Assembly: GCF_036321535.1 (NCBI RefSeq)
Contig: NC_087436.1
Location: forward strand, 1,426,001-1,490,000
DNA: 64,000 nt
Reading direction: 5' to 3'
From: Camelus dromedarius
Lineage: Eukaryota
The notes under the pieces were generated by a model. The model did no database searches. It had not been told where the DNA came from and saw only the letters and a program-made list of their open reading frames with translations. Shown piece after piece: positions 50,820-64,000 of the stretch; position 1 is the stretch's first letter, and the number at the start of each line of letters is the position of its first letter. The translations under genes and the position numbers were made by a program.

Positions 50820-53800
50820 ATCTAGCACAAGGGAACGGTTTGAAGGAGAAACTTATACTCTGGTTTCTCAGTCTGTTTCCTTGTGACGGTTTGAAGTTCC
50901 TGCAGGTTTCACTGTAAAACCAGTTGGAGTTAGTACCTCTCCATATATATGTATGGAGTGGAGTTTGCAAGTGAAAAGAAACATTGTGTTCCCAACAAGC
51001 TAGGTTAAGGACGGCTTTCACACACATAAATCTGTCAGGACTGAGCATGTGGAGAGACGTTCGTTTATCTAGCACAATAGGAATGGGTTGCAGGAGAAAT
51101 TTTTACTCTGGATTCTACGTCTGTTTCCTAGTGCCGGTTTGAAGTTCCTGCAACTTTCACTGTAAAACCGAGTTGGAGCTAGTACCACCCCATATATATG
51201 TATGGATTGGAGTTTGGAACTGAAAAGAAACTTTGTGTTCCCAACAAGCTAAGTGAAGTACGGCTTTCACACACATTAATCTCTAAGAACTGAGCATGTG
51301 GAGAGACGTTCGTTCATCTAGCACAAAGGAACGGGTAGCAGGAGTAATTTTACTCTGGTTTTTCAGTCTGTTTCCTAATGCCGGTTTGAAGTTCCTGCAG
51401 TTTTCTCTGTAAAACCGAGTTGGAGCTAGTAATTCCCCATATATATGTATGGAGTGGAGTTTGCAACTGAAAAGAAACTTTGTGTTCCCAACAAGCTAGG
51501 TAAAGGACGGCTTTCACCCACACTTATCTCTCAGAACTGAGCATGTGGAGAGACGTTCGTTCATCTAGCACAAAGGGAACGGGTTGCAGGAGAAACTTTT
51601 ACTCTGGTTTCTCAGTCTGTTTCCTACTGCCGGTTTGAAGTTCCTGCAGTTTTCACTGTAAAACAAATTTCTAGCTAGTACCTCCCCATATATTTGTATG
51701 GAAATGAATATGCAACTGAAAAGAAACTTTGTGTTCAGTACAAGCTAGGTGAAAGACGGCTTTCACACACACTTATCTCTCAGAACTGAGCATGTGGAGA
51801 GACGTTCGTTCATCTAGCACCAAGGGAACGGGTTGCAGGGAAACTTTTACTCTGGTTTCTCAGTCTGTTTCCTACTGCCGGTTTGAAGTTCCTGCAGTTT
51901 TCACTTTAAAACCGAGTTGGAGCTAGTACCTACCCATATATATGTATGGAGTGGAGTTTGCAAATGAAAAGAAATTTTGTTCCCAACAAGCTAGGTGAAG
52001 GCGGCTTTCACACACACTTATCTCTCAGAACTGAGCATGTGGAGAGACGTTCGTTCATCTAGCACAAAGGGAACGTGTTGCAGGAGAAACTTTTACTTTG
52101 GTTTCTCAGTCTGTTTCCTAGTACCGGTTTGAATTTCCTGCAGTTTTCACTGTAAAACCGATTTCTAGCTTGTACCACACCATATATATTTATGGAGTGG
52201 ATATTGCAATTGAAAAGAAACTATGTGTTCCCAACATGCTAGGTGAAGGACGGCTTTCACACACACATATCTCTCAGAACTGAGCATGTGGAGAGACGTT
52301 CGTTCATCTAGCACAAAGGGAACGGGTTGCAGGAGAAACTTTTACTCTGGTTTCTCAGTCTGTTTCCTAGTGCCGGTTTGAAGTTCCTGCAGTTTTCACT
52401 TTAAAACAGATTTGGAACTTGTACCACCCCATATATATTTATGGAGTGGAATTTGCAACTGAAAAGAAACTTTGTGTTCAGTACAAGCCAGGTGAAGGAC
52501 GGCTCACACACACTTATCTTTCAGAACTTAGCATGTGGAGAGACGTTCATTCATCTAGCAGATAGGGAAAGGGTTGCAGGGGAAACTTTTACTCTGGTTT
52601 CTCAGACTGTTTCCTACTGCCGGTTTGAAGTTCCTGCAGTTTTCACTGCAAAACCGATTTGAAGCTCGTACCTCCCCATATATATGTATGGAGTGGAGTT
52701 TGCAACTGAAAAGAAACTTTGTGTTCCCAACTAGCTATGTGAAGGACGGCTTTCACACACACTTATCTCTCAGAACTGAGCATGTGGAGAGACGTTCGTT
52801 CATCTAGCACAAAGGGAACGGGTTGCAGGGGAAACTTTTACTCTGGTTTTTCAGTCTGTTTCCTACAGCCGGTTTGAAGTTCCTGCAGTTTTCACTGTAA
52901 AAGAGAGTTGAAGCTAGAACCACCCCATATATATGTATGGAGTGGAGTTAGCAACTGAAAAGAAACTTTGTGTTCCGAACAAGCTAGGTGAAGGCGGCTT
53001 TCACACACAGTTATCTCTCAGAACTGAGCATGTGGAGAGACGTTCATTCATCTAGCACAAAGGGAACGGGTTGCAGGGAAACTTTTACTCTGGTTTTTCA
53101 GTCTGTTTCCTAGTACCGGTTTGAAGTTCCTGCAGTTTTCACTGTAAAATCGAGTTGCAGATACTACTTCCCCATTTATATGTATGGAGTAGAATTTGCA
53201 ACTGAAAAGAAACTTTGTGTTCAGTACAAGCTATGTGAAAGACAGCTTTCACACACAAATATCTCTCAGAACTGAGCATGTGGAGAGACGTTCGTTCATC
53301 TAGCAAAAAGGGAATGGTTTGCAGGAGAAACTTTTACTCTGGTTTCACAGTCTGTTTCCTAGTGCCAGTTTGAAGTTCCTGCATTTTTCCCTGTAAAACA
53401 GATTTGGAGCTATTACCTCCCCATATATATGTATGGAGTGGAATTTGCAACTGAAAAGAAACTTTGTGTTCAGTACAAGCTTGGTGAAGGACGGCTTTCA
53501 CACACACTTATCTCTCAGAACTTAGCATGTGGAGAGTCGTTCGTTCATCTAGCACAAAGGGAACGGGTTGCAGGAGAAACTTTTACTCTGGTTTCTCAGT
53601 CTTTTTCCTAGTGCCGGTTTGAATTTCCTGCAGTATTCACTTTAAAACAGATTTGGTACTTGTACCACCCCATATATATTTATGGAGTGGAATTTGCAAC
53701 TGAAAAGAAACTTTGTGTTCAGTACAAGCCAGGTGAAGGACGGCTTTCACACACACTTATCTTTCAGAACTTAGCATGTGGAGAGACGTTCATTCATCTA

Positions 53801-56400
53801 GCAGAAAGTGAAAGGGTTGCAGGAGAAACTTTTACTCTGGTTTCTCAGTCTGTTTCTACTGCCGGTTTGAAGTTCCTGCAGTTTTCCTTGTAAAACAGAT
53901 TTGGAGCTCGTACCTCCCCATATATATGTATGGACTGGAATTTGCAAGTGAAAAGAAACTTTGTGTTCCCAACAAGCTAGGTGAAAGATGGCTTTCACAC
54001 ACAATTACCTCTGAGAACTGAGCATGTGGAGAGACGTTCATTCATCTAGCAGAAAGGGAAAGGTTTGCAGGAGAAACTTTTACTCTGGTTTCTCAGTCTG
54101 TTTCCTACAGCCTGTTTGAAGTTCCTGCAGTTTTCACTGTAAAAGGGAGTTGAAGCTAGAACCTCCCCATATATATGTATGGAGTGGAGTTTGCAACTGA
54201 AAAGGAACTTTGTGTTCCCAACTAGCTATGTGAAGGACGGCTTTCACACACACTTATCTCTCAGAACTGAGCATGTGGAGAGACGTTCGTTCATCTAGCA
54301 CAAAGGGAACGGGTTGCAGGAGAAACTTTTACTCTGGGTTCTCAGTCTATTTCCTACTGCCGGTTTGAAGTTATTGCTGTTTTCACTGTAAAAACGGGTT
54401 GGAGCTCGTATCTCCCCATATATATGTAGGGAGTGGAGTTTGCAACTGAAAAGAATCTTTGTGTTCCCAACAAGCTAGGTGAAGGACGGCTTTCACACAC
54501 AATTATCTCTCAGAACTGAGCATGTGGAGAGACGTTCATTCATCTAGCACAAGGGAACGGTTTGCAGGAGAAACTTATACTCTGGTTTCTCAGTCTGTTT
54601 CCTTGTGACGGTTTGAAGTTCCTGCAGGTTTCACTGTAAAAACCAGTTGGAATTACTACCTCTCCATATATATGTATGGAGTGGAGTTTGCAAGTGAAAA
54701 GAAATATTGTGTTCCCAACAAGTTAGGTTAAGGGCGGCTTTCACACACATAAATCTCTCAGGACTGAGCATGTGGAGAGACGTTCGTTTATCTAGCACAA
54801 TAGGAACGGGTTGCAGGAGAAACTTTTACTCTGGATTCTACGTCTGTTTCCTAGTGCCGGTTTGATGTTCCTGCAGTTTTCACTGTAAAACAGAGTTGGA
54901 GCTATTACCACTCCATATATATGTATGGATTGGAGTTTGCAACTGAAAAGAAACTTTGTGTTCCCTACAAGCTAAGTGAAGTACGGCTTTCACACACATT
55001 AATCTCTCAGAACTGAGCATGTGGAGAGACGTTCGTTCATCTAGCACAAAGGAACGGGTAGCAGGAGAAATTTTACTCTGGTTTCTCAGTCTGTTTCCTA
55101 ATGCCGGTTTGAAGTTCCTGCAGTTTTCTCTGTAAAACCGAGTTGGAGCTAGTAATTCCCCATATATATGTATGGAGTGGAGTTTGCAACTGAAAAGAAA
55201 CTTTGTGTTCCCAACAAGCTAGGTAAAGGACGGCTTTCACCCACACTTATCTCTCAGAACTGAGCATGTGGAGAGACGTTCGTTCATCTAGCACAAAGGG
55301 AACGGGTTGCAGGAGAAACTTTTACTCTGGTTTCTCAGTCTGTTTCCTACTGCCGGTTTGAAGTTCCTGCAGTTTTCACTGTAAAATAAATTTGGAGCTA
55401 GTACCTCCCCATATATATGTATGGAGTGGAATATGCAACTGAAAAGAAACTTTGTGTTCGGTACATGCTAGGTGAAAGAAGGCTTTCACACACACTTATC
55501 TCTCAGAACTGAGCATGTGGAGAGACGTTTGTTCATCTAGCACCAAGGGAACGGGTTGCAGGGAAAATTTTACTCTGGTTTCTCAGTCTGTTTCCTACTT
55601 CCAGTTTGAAGTTCCTGCAGTTTTCACTTTAAAACCGAGTTGGAGCTAGTACCTACCCATATATATGTATGGAGTGGAGTTTGCAAATGAAAAGATATTT
55701 GTGTTCCCAACAAGCTAGGTGAAGGCGGCTTTCACACACACTTATCTCTCAGAACTGAGCATGTGGAGAGACGTTCGTTCATCTAGCACAAAGGGAACGT
55801 GTTGCAGGAGAAACTTTTACTTTGGTTTCTCAGTCTGTTTCCTAGTACCGCTTTGAATTTCCTGAAGTTTTCACTGTAAAACCGATTTCTAGCTTGTACC
55901 ACCCCATATATATTTATGGAGTGGATATTGCAAATGAAAAGAAACTATGTGTTCCCAACAAGCAAGTTGAAGGGCGGCTTTCACACACACATATCTCTCA
56001 GAACTGAGCATGTGGAGAGACGTTCGTTCATCTAGCACAAAGGGAACGGGTTGCAGGAGAAACTTTTACTCTGGTTTCTCAGTCTGTTTCCTAGTGCCGG
56101 TTTGAAGTTCCTTCAGTTTTCACTTTAAAACAGATTTGGAACTTGTACCACCCCATAAATATTTATGGAGTGGAATTTGCAACTGAAAAGAAACTTTGTG
56201 TTCAGTACAAGCCAGGTGAAGGACGGCTCACACACACTTATCTTTCAGAACTTAGCATGTGGAGAGACGTTCATTCATCTAGCAGAAAGGGAAAGGGTTG
56301 CAGGAGAAACTTTTACTCTGGTTTCTCAGTCTGTTTCCTACTGCCGGTTTGAAGTTCCTGCAGTTTTCACTGCAAAACCGATTTGAAGCTCGTACCTCCT
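50820..56400 (+). repeat. 15-monomer (~3723 bp) offset duplication
   Basis: TTGTGACGG 50881/54603; AGGTAAAGGACGGCTTTCACCCAC 51498/55221; ORFs 52441/56165. Confidence 0.82.
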
Positions 56401-59400
56401 CATATATATGTATGGACTGGAATTTGCAAGTGAAAAGAAACTTTGTGTTCCCAACAAGCTAGGTGAAAGATGGCTTTCACACAATTATCTCTGAGAACTG
56501 AGCATGTGGAGAGACGTTCATTCATCTAGCAGAAAGGGAAAGGGTTGCAGGAGAATCTTTTACTCTGGTTTCTCAGTCTGTTTCCTACAGCCGGTTTGAA
56601 GTTCCTGCAGTTTTCACTGTAAAAGAGAGTTGAAGCTAGAACCTCCCCATATATATGTATGGAGTGGAGTTTGCAACTGAAAAGAAACTTTGTGTTCCCA
56701 ACTAGCTATGTGAAGGACGGCTTTCACACACACTTATCTCTCAGAACTGAGCATGTGGAGAGACGTTCGTTCATCTAGCACAAAGGAACGGGTTGCAGGG
56801 GAAACTTTTACTCTGGTTTTTCAGTCTGTTTCCTACAGCCGGTTTGAAGTTCCTGAAGTTTTCACTGTAAAAGAGAGTTGAAGCTAGAACCTCCCCATAT
56901 ATATGTATGGAGTGGAGTTTGCAACTGAAAAGAAACTTTGTGTTCCGAACATGCTAGGTGAAGGCGGCTTTCACACACACTTATCTCTCAGAACTGAGCA
57001 TGTGGAGAGACGTTCATTCATCTAGCACAAAGGGAACGGGTTGCAGGGAAACTTTTACTCTGGTTTTTCAGTGTGTTTCCTAGTTCCGGTTTGAAGTTCC
57101 TGCAGTTTTCACTGTAAAACCGATTTGGAGATAGTACTTCCCCATATATATGTATGGAGTAGAATTTGCAACTGAAAAGAAACTTTGTGTTCAGTACAAG
57201 CTATGTGAAAGACGGCTTTCACACACAAATATCTCTCAGAACTGAGCATGTGGAGAGACGTTCGTTCATCTAGCACAAAGGGAACGGGTTGCAGGAAAAA
57301 CTTTTACTCTGGGTTCTCAGTGTATTTCCTACTGCCGGTTTGAAGTTATTGCTGTTTTCATTGTAAAACCGTGTTGGAGCTCGTATCTCCCCATATATAT
57401 GTAGGGAGTGGAGTTTGCAACTGAAAAGAAACTTTGTGTTCCCAACAAGCTAGGTGAAGGACGGCTTTCACACACAATTATCACTCAGAACTGAGCATGT
57501 GGAGAGACGTTCATTCATCTAGCACAAAGGGAACGGTTGCAGGAGAAACTTATACTATGGTTTCTCAGTCTGTTTCCTTGTGACGGTTTGAAGTTCCTGC
57601 AGGTTTCACTGTAAAAAGGAGTTGGAGCTAGTACCTCTCCATATATATGTATGGAGTGGAGTTTGCAACTGAAAAGAAACTTTGTGTTCCCATCAAGCAA
57701 TTTGAAGTACGGCTTTCACACACACATATCTCTCAGAACTTAGTATGTGGAGAGACGTTCGTTCATCTAGCACGAAGGGAACGGGTTGCAGGAGAAACAT
57801 TTACACTGGTTTCTCAGTCTGTTTCCTACTGCCGGTTTGAAGTTCCTGCAGTTTTCACTGTAAAACAGATTTGGAGCTCGTACCTCCCCATATATATGTA
57901 TGGACTGGAATTTGCAAGTGAAAAGAAACTTTGTTTTCCGAACAAGCTAGGTGAAAGATGGTTTTCACACACACTTATCTCTTAGAACTGAGCATGTGGA
58001 GAGACGTTCGTTCATCTAGCACAAAGGGAACGTGTTGCAGGGGAAACTTTTACTCTGGTTTCTCAGTCTGTTTCCTAGTACCGGTTTGAATTTCCTACAG
58101 TTTTCACTGTAAATCCGAGTTCTAGCTTGTAGATCCCCATATATATGTATGGAGTGGAATTTGCAACTGAAAGAAACTTTGTGTTTAGTACAAGATAGGT
58201 GAAGGACGGCTTTCACACATACTTATCTCTCAGAACTTAGCATGTGGAGAGACGTTCGTTTATCCAGCACAAAGGGAACGGGTTGCAGGAGAAAGTTTTA
58301 CTCTGGTCTCCCAGTCTGTTTGCTAGTGAAGGTTTGAAGTTCCTGCAGTTTTCACTTTAAAACAGATTTGGAACTAGTACCACCCCATATATATGTATGG
58401 AGTGGAATTTGCAACTGAAAAGAAACTTTGTGTTCAGTACAAGTTAGGTGAAGGACTGTTTTCACACACACTTATCTCTCAGAACTTAACATGTGGAGAG
58501 ACGTTCGTTCATCTAGCACAAAGGGAAAGGATTGCAGGAGAAACTTTTACTCTGGTTTCTCAGTCTGTTTCCTACTGCCGGTTTGAAGTTCCTGCAGTTT
58601 TCACTGTAAAACCGAGTTATAGATAGTACTTCCCCATATATATGTATGGAGTAGAATTTGCAACTGAAAAGAAACTTTGTGTTTAGTACAAGCTATGTGA
58701 AAGACGGCTTTCACACACAAATATCTCTCAGAACTGAGCATGTGGAGAGACGTTCGTTCATCTAGCACAAAGGGAACGGGTTGCAGGAAAAACTTTTACT
58801 CTGGGTTCTCAGTGTATTTCCTACTGCCGGTTTGAATTTATTGCTGTTTTCACTGTATAACCGTGTTGGAGCTCGTATCTCCCCATATATATGTAGGGAT
58901 TGGAGTTTGCAACTGAAAAGAAACTTTGTGTTCCCAACAAGCTAGGTGAAGGACGGCTTTCACACACAATTATCTCTCAGAACTGAGCATGTGGAGAGAC
59001 GTTCATTCATCTAGCACAAAGGGAACGGTTTGCAGGAGAAACTTATACTATGGTTTCTCAGTCTGTTTCCTTGTGACGGTTTGAAGATCCTGCAGGTTTC
59101 ACTGTAAAAACGAGTTGGAGATAGTACCTCTCCATATATATGTATGGAGTGGAGTTTGCAACTGAAAAGAAACTTTGTGTTCCCATCAAGCAATTTGAAG
59201 TACGGCTTTCACACACACATATCTCTCAGAACTTAGCATGTGGAGAGACGTTCGTTCATCTAGCACGAAGGGAACGGGTTGCAGGAGTAACATTTACACT
59301 GGTTTCTCAGTCTGTTTCCTACTGCCGGTTTGAAGTTCCTGCAGTTTTCACTGTAAAACAGATTTGGAGCTCGTACCTCCCCATATATATGTATGGACTG

Positions 59401-62400
59401 GAATTTGCAAGTGAAAAGAAACTTTGTGTTCCCAACAACCTAGGTGAAAAATGGTTTTCACACACACTTATCTCTTAGAACTGAGCGTGTGGAGAGACGT
59501 TCGTTCATCTAGCACAAAGGGAACGTGTTGCAGGGGAAAATTTTACTCTGGTTTCTCAGTCTGTTTCCTAGTACCGGTTTGAATTTCCTACAGTTTTCAC
59601 TGTAAAACCGAGTTCTTGCTTGTAGATCCCCATATATATGTATGGAGTGGAATTTGCAACTGAAAGAAACTTTGTGTTCAGTACAAGCTAGGTGAAGGAC
59701 GGCTTTCACACATACTTATCTCTCAGAACTTAGCATGTGGAGAGACGTTCGTTCATCCAGCACAAAGGGAACGGGTTGCAGGAGAAAGTTTTACTCTGGT
59801 ATCCCAGTCTGTTTGCTAGTGCCGGTTTGAAGTTCCTGCAGTTTTCACTTTAAAACAGATTTGGAACTAGTACCACCCCATATATATGTATGGAGTGGAA
59901 TTTGCAACTGAAATGAAACTCTGTGTTCAGTACAAGCTAGGTGAAGGACGGCTTTCACACACACTTATCTCTCAGAACTTAGCATGTGGAGAGACGTTCG
60001 TTCATCTAGCACAAAGGGAACGGATTGCAGGAGAAACTTTTACTCTGGTTTCTCAGTCTGTTTCCTACTGCCGGTTTGAAGTTCCTGCAGTTTTCACTGT
60101 AAAACCGATTTGGAGATCGTACCTCCCCATATATATGTATGGACTGGAATTTGCAAGTGAAAATAAACTTTGTGTTCTCAACAAGCTAGGTGAAAAATGG
60201 CTTTCACACACACTTATCTCTGAGAACTGAGCATGTGGAGAGACGTTCGTTCATCTAGCACAAAGGATAAGGGTTGCAGGAGAAACTTTTACTCTGGTTT
60301 CTCAGTCTGTTTCCTACAGCCGGTTTGAAGTTCCTGCAGTTTTCACTGTAAAACAGAGTTGAAGATAGAACCTCCCCATATATATGTATGGAGGGGAGTT
60401 TGCAACTGAAAAGAAACTTTGTGTTCCCAACAAGCTAGGAAAAGGACGGCTTTCACCCACACTTATCTCTCAGAACTGAGCATGTGGAGAGACGTTCGTT
60501 CATCTAGCACAAAGGGAACGGGTTGCAGGAGAAACTTTTACTCTGGTTTCTCAGTCTGTTTCCTACTGCCAGTTTGAAGTTCCTGCAGTTTTCACTGTAA
60601 AATAAATTTGGAGCTAGTACCTCCCCATATATATGTATGGAGTGGAATATGCAACTGAAAAGAAACTTTGTGTTCGGTACATGCTAGGTGAAAGAAGGCT
60701 TTCACACACACTTATCTCTCAGAACTGAGCATGTGGAGAGACGTTTGTTCATCTAGCACCAAGGGAACGGGTTGCAGGGAAAATTTTACTCTGGTTTCTC
60801 AGTCTGTTTCCTACTTCCAGTTTGAAGTTCCTGCAGTTTTCACTTTAAAACCGAGTTGGAGCTAGTACCTACCCATATATATGTATGGAGTGGAGTTTGC
60901 AAATGAAAAGATATTTGTGTTCCCAACAAGCTAGATGAAGGCGGCTTTCACACACACTTATCTCTCAGAACTGAGCATGTGGAGAGACGTTCGTTCATCT
61001 AGCACAAAGGGAACGTGTTGCAGGAGAAACTTTTACTTTGGTTTCTCAGTCTGTTTCCTAGTACCGCTTTGAATTTCCTGCAGTTTTCACTGTAAAACCG
61101 ATTTCTAGCTTGTAACACCCCATATATATTTATGGAGTGGATATTGCAAATGAAAAGAAACTATGTGTTCCCAACAAGCTAGTTGAAGGGCGGCTTTCAC
61201 ACACACATATCTCTCAGAACTGAGCATGTGGAGAGACGTTCGTTCATCTAGCACAAAGGGAACGGTTTGCAGGAGAAACTTTTACTCTGGTTTCTCAGTC
61301 TGTTTCCTAGTGCCGGTTTGAAGTTCCTTCAGTTTTCACTTTAAAACAGATTTGGAACTTGTACCACCCCATAAATATTTATGGAGTGGAATTTGCAACT
61401 GAAAAGAAACTTTGTGTTCAGTACAAGCCAGGTGAAGGACGGCTCACACACACTTATCTTTCAGAACTTAGCATGTGGAGAGACGTTCATTCATCTAGCA
61501 GAAAGGGAAAGGGTTGCAGGAGAAACTTTTACTCTGGTTTCTCAGTCTGTTTCCTACTGCCGGTTTGAAGTTCCTGCAGTTTTCACTGCAAAACCGATTT
61601 GAAGCTCGTACCTCCCCATATATATGTATGGACTGGAATTTGCAAGTGAAAAGAAACTTTGTGTTCCCAACAAGCTAGGTGAAAGATGGCTTTCACACAA
61701 TTATCTCTGAGAACTGAGCATGTGGAGAGACGTTCATTCATCTAGCAGAAAGGGAAAGGGTTGCAGGAGAATCTTTTACTCTGGTTTCTCAGTCTGTTTC
61801 CTACAGCCGGTTTGAAGTTCCTGCAGTTTTCACTGTAAAAGAGAGTTGAAGCTAGAACCTCCCCATATATATGTATGGAGTGGAGTTTGCAACTGAAAAG
61901 AAACTTTGTGTTCCCAACTAGCTATGTGAAGGACGGCTTTCACACACACTTATCTCTCAGAACTGAGCATGTGGAGAGACGTTCGTTCATCTAGCACAAA
62001 GGGAACGGGTTGCAGGGGAAACTTTTACTCTGGTTTTTCAGTCTGTTTCCTACAGCCGGTTTGAAGTTCCTGAAGTTTTCACTGTAAAAGAGAGTTGGAG
62101 CTAGAACCTCCCCATATATATGTATGGAGTGGAGTTTGCAACTGAAAAGAAACTTTGTGTTCCGAACATGCTAGGTGAAGGCGGCTTTCACACACACTTA
62201 TCTCTCAGAACTGAGCATGTGGAGAGACGTTCATTCATCTAGCACAAAGGGAACGGGTTGCAGGGAAACTTTTACTCTGGTTTTTCAGTGTGTTTCCTAG
62301 TTCCGGTTTGAAGTTCCTGCAGTTTTCACTGTAAAACCGATTTGGAGATATTACTTCCCCATATATATGTATGGAGTAGAATTTGCAACTGAAAAGAAAC

Positions 62401-64000
62401 TTTGTGTTCAGTACAAGCTATGTGAAAGACGGCTTTCACACACAAATATCTCTCAGAACTGAGCATGTGGAGAGACGTTCGTTCATCTAGCACAAAGGGA
62501 ACGGGTTGCAGGAAAAACTTTTACTCTGGGTTCTCAGTGTATTTCCTACTGCCGGTTTGAAGTTATTGCTGTTTTCATTGTAAAACCGTGTTGGAGCTCG
62601 TATCTCCCCATATATATGTAGGGAGTGGAGTTTGCAACTGAAAAGAAACTTTGTGTTCCCAACAAGCTAGGTGAAGGACGGCTTTCACACACAATTATCA
62701 CTCAGAACTGAGCATGTGGAGAGACGTTCATTCATCTAGCACAAAGGGAACGGTTGCAGGAGAAACTTATACTATGGTTTCTCAGTCTGTTTCCTTGTGA
62801 CGGTTTGAAGTTCCTGCAGGTTTCACTGTAAAAAGGAGTTGGAGCTAGTACCTCTCCATATATATGTATGGAGTGGAGTTTGCAACTGAAAAGAAACTTT
62901 GTGTTCCCATCAAGCAATTTGAAGTACGGCTTTCACACACACATATCTCTCAGAACTTAGTATGTGGAGAGACGTTCGTTCATCTAGCACGAAGGGAACG
63001 GGTTGCAGGAGAAACATTTACACTGGTTTCTCAGTCTGTTTCCTACTGCCGGTTTGAAGTTCCTGCAGTTTTCACTGTAAAACAGATTTGGAGCTCGTAC
63101 CTCCCCATATATATGTATGGACTGGAATTTGCAAGTGAAAAGAAACTTTGTTTTCCGAACAAGCTAGGTGAAAGATGGTTTTCACACACACTTATCTCTT
63201 AGAACTGAGCATGTGGAGAGACGTTCGTTCATCTAGCACAAAGGGAACGTGTTGCAGGGGAAACTTTTACTCTGGTTTCTCAGTCTGTTTCCTAGTACCG
63301 GTTTGAATTTCCTACAGTTTTCACTGTAAATCCGAGTTCTAGCTTGTAGATCCCCATATATATGTATGGAGTGGAATTTGCAACTGAAAGAAACTTTGTG
63401 TTTAGTACAAGATAGGTGAAGGACGGCTTTCACACATACTTATCTCTCAGAACTTAGCATGTGGAGAGACGTTCGTTTATCCAGCACAAAGGGAACGGGT
63501 TGCAGGAGAAAGTTTTACTCTGGTCTCCCAGTCTGTTTGCTAGTGAAGGTTTGAAGTTCCTGCAGTTTTCACTTTAAAACAGATTTGGAACTAGTACCAC
63601 CCCATATATATGTATGGAGTGGAATTTGCAACTGAAAAGAAACTTTGTGTTCAGTACAAGTTAGGTGAAGTACTGTTTTCACACACACTTATCTCTCAGA
63701 ACTTAGCATGTGGAGAGACGTTCGTTCATCTAGCACAAAGGGAACGGATTGCAGGAGAAACTTTTACTCTGGTTTCTCAGTCTGTTTCCTACTGCCGGTT
63801 TGAAGTTCCTGCAGTTTTCACTGTAAAACCGAGTTATAGATAGTACTTCCCCATATATATGTATGGAGTAGAATTTGCAACTGAAAAGAAACTTTGTGTT
63901 TAGTACAAGCTATGTGAAAGACGGCTTTCACACACAAATATCTCTCAGAACTGAGCATGTGGAGAGACGTTCGTTCATCTAGCACAAAGGGAACGGGTTG
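55200..64000 (+). repeat. 21-monomer higher-order repeat (5216-5217 bp); the second copy is cut by the window end
   Basis: Identical or near-identical ORFs at +5216/5217 (56143/61359, 57515/62732, 57647/62864, 58016/63233, 58393/63610); GTAAAATAAATTTGG 55381/60597. Confidence 0.92.
57130..60110 (+). repeat. 6-monomer (1492-1493 bp) tandem duplication nested inside the 21-mer
   Basis: ORFs 57647/59140, 58016/59509 and 58393/59886; TTGTGACGG 57578/59071. These two copies differ more from each other than the 21-mer copies do. Confidence 0.88.

Larger units (their letters stand above)
1..64000 (+). repeat. Tandem satellite DNA array, 249-bp monomer, ~257 head-to-tail copies, running off both window edges; probably centromeric or pericentromeric
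   Basis: Landmarks recur every 249 bp (CATATATATG at 181 and 430; near-identical ORFs at 1184 and 1433). The same unit continues to the last base with no foreign sequence or strand switch. The centromeric assignment is inferred from architecture only. Confidence 0.98.
41196..64000 (+). repeat. Domain B: diverged subfamily with higher-order repeats, ~92 monomers
   Basis: Diagnostic words GAGCATGTGG, GCACAAAGGG, GGAGAAACTTTTACTCTGGTTTC, mostly ATGGAGTGGA and often CCTACTGCC. Neighbouring monomers differ at many sites. Frequent 1-2 bp deletions give a mean period of about 248.5 bp. Confidence 0.95.

Noticed and set aside
1184..63843. All 60-114 aa ORFs in the track, including the 112-114 aa ones at 57647, 59140, 59886 and 62864
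   Set aside because: They are translations of the satellite monomer. Because 249 = 83 x 3, the frame carries across monomers, and the A consensus has only three stops in the MYGMEF frame. Sporadic substitutions (TGA>AGA/TTA, TAG>TAC/TCG) open it by chance. I recognise no protein domain and see no sign of coding constraint.
1..64000. CRISPR array or other repeat-spacer system
   Set aside because: There are no unique spacers: the entire 249-bp unit is repeated, and no cas or other genes are present.
1..64000. Tandem RNA gene cluster (5S rRNA, tRNA, snRNA) or transposon/LTR insertion
   Set aside because: I recognise no RNA gene sequence, terminal repeat, target-site duplication, poly(A) tail or non-satellite segment.
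1..64000. Assignment to a named species or satellite family
   Set aside because: I do not recognise the monomer with confidence. A Dfam/Repbase/nt search is needed.

Overview
The whole 64 kb window is one uninterrupted head-to-tail tandem array of a 249-bp satellite monomer (~257 copies, all in one orientation). I see no genes, RNA genes, transposon insertions or inversions, and every ORF in the track is a chance reading of the monomer. The array has two domains that meet abruptly and in register at ~41196-41206. Domain A (1-~41195, ~165 monomers) is highly homogenised and built from irregular multi-monomer duplications (2-, 5-, 10-, 14/15-, 20-, 25-, 28-, 37- and 41-mer offsets). Domain B (~41196-64000, ~92 monomers) is a related, more diverged subfamily with about 6 diagnostic substitutions, many 1-2 bp deletions and higher-order repeats (22-mer, 15-mer, and a 21-mer containing a nested 6-mer). 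This architecture resembles the core-to-flank transition of a eukaryotic (peri)centromeric satellite, which is an inference; I cannot name the species or satellite family. The most notable observations are the chimeric junction monomer, an apparent ancestral ~124-bp dimer structure in the monomer, dense short dyad symmetries, a split CENP-B-box-like motif, and a mutation spectrum that appears rich in transversions and multinucleotide changes. All offsets were counted by hand from marker variants.
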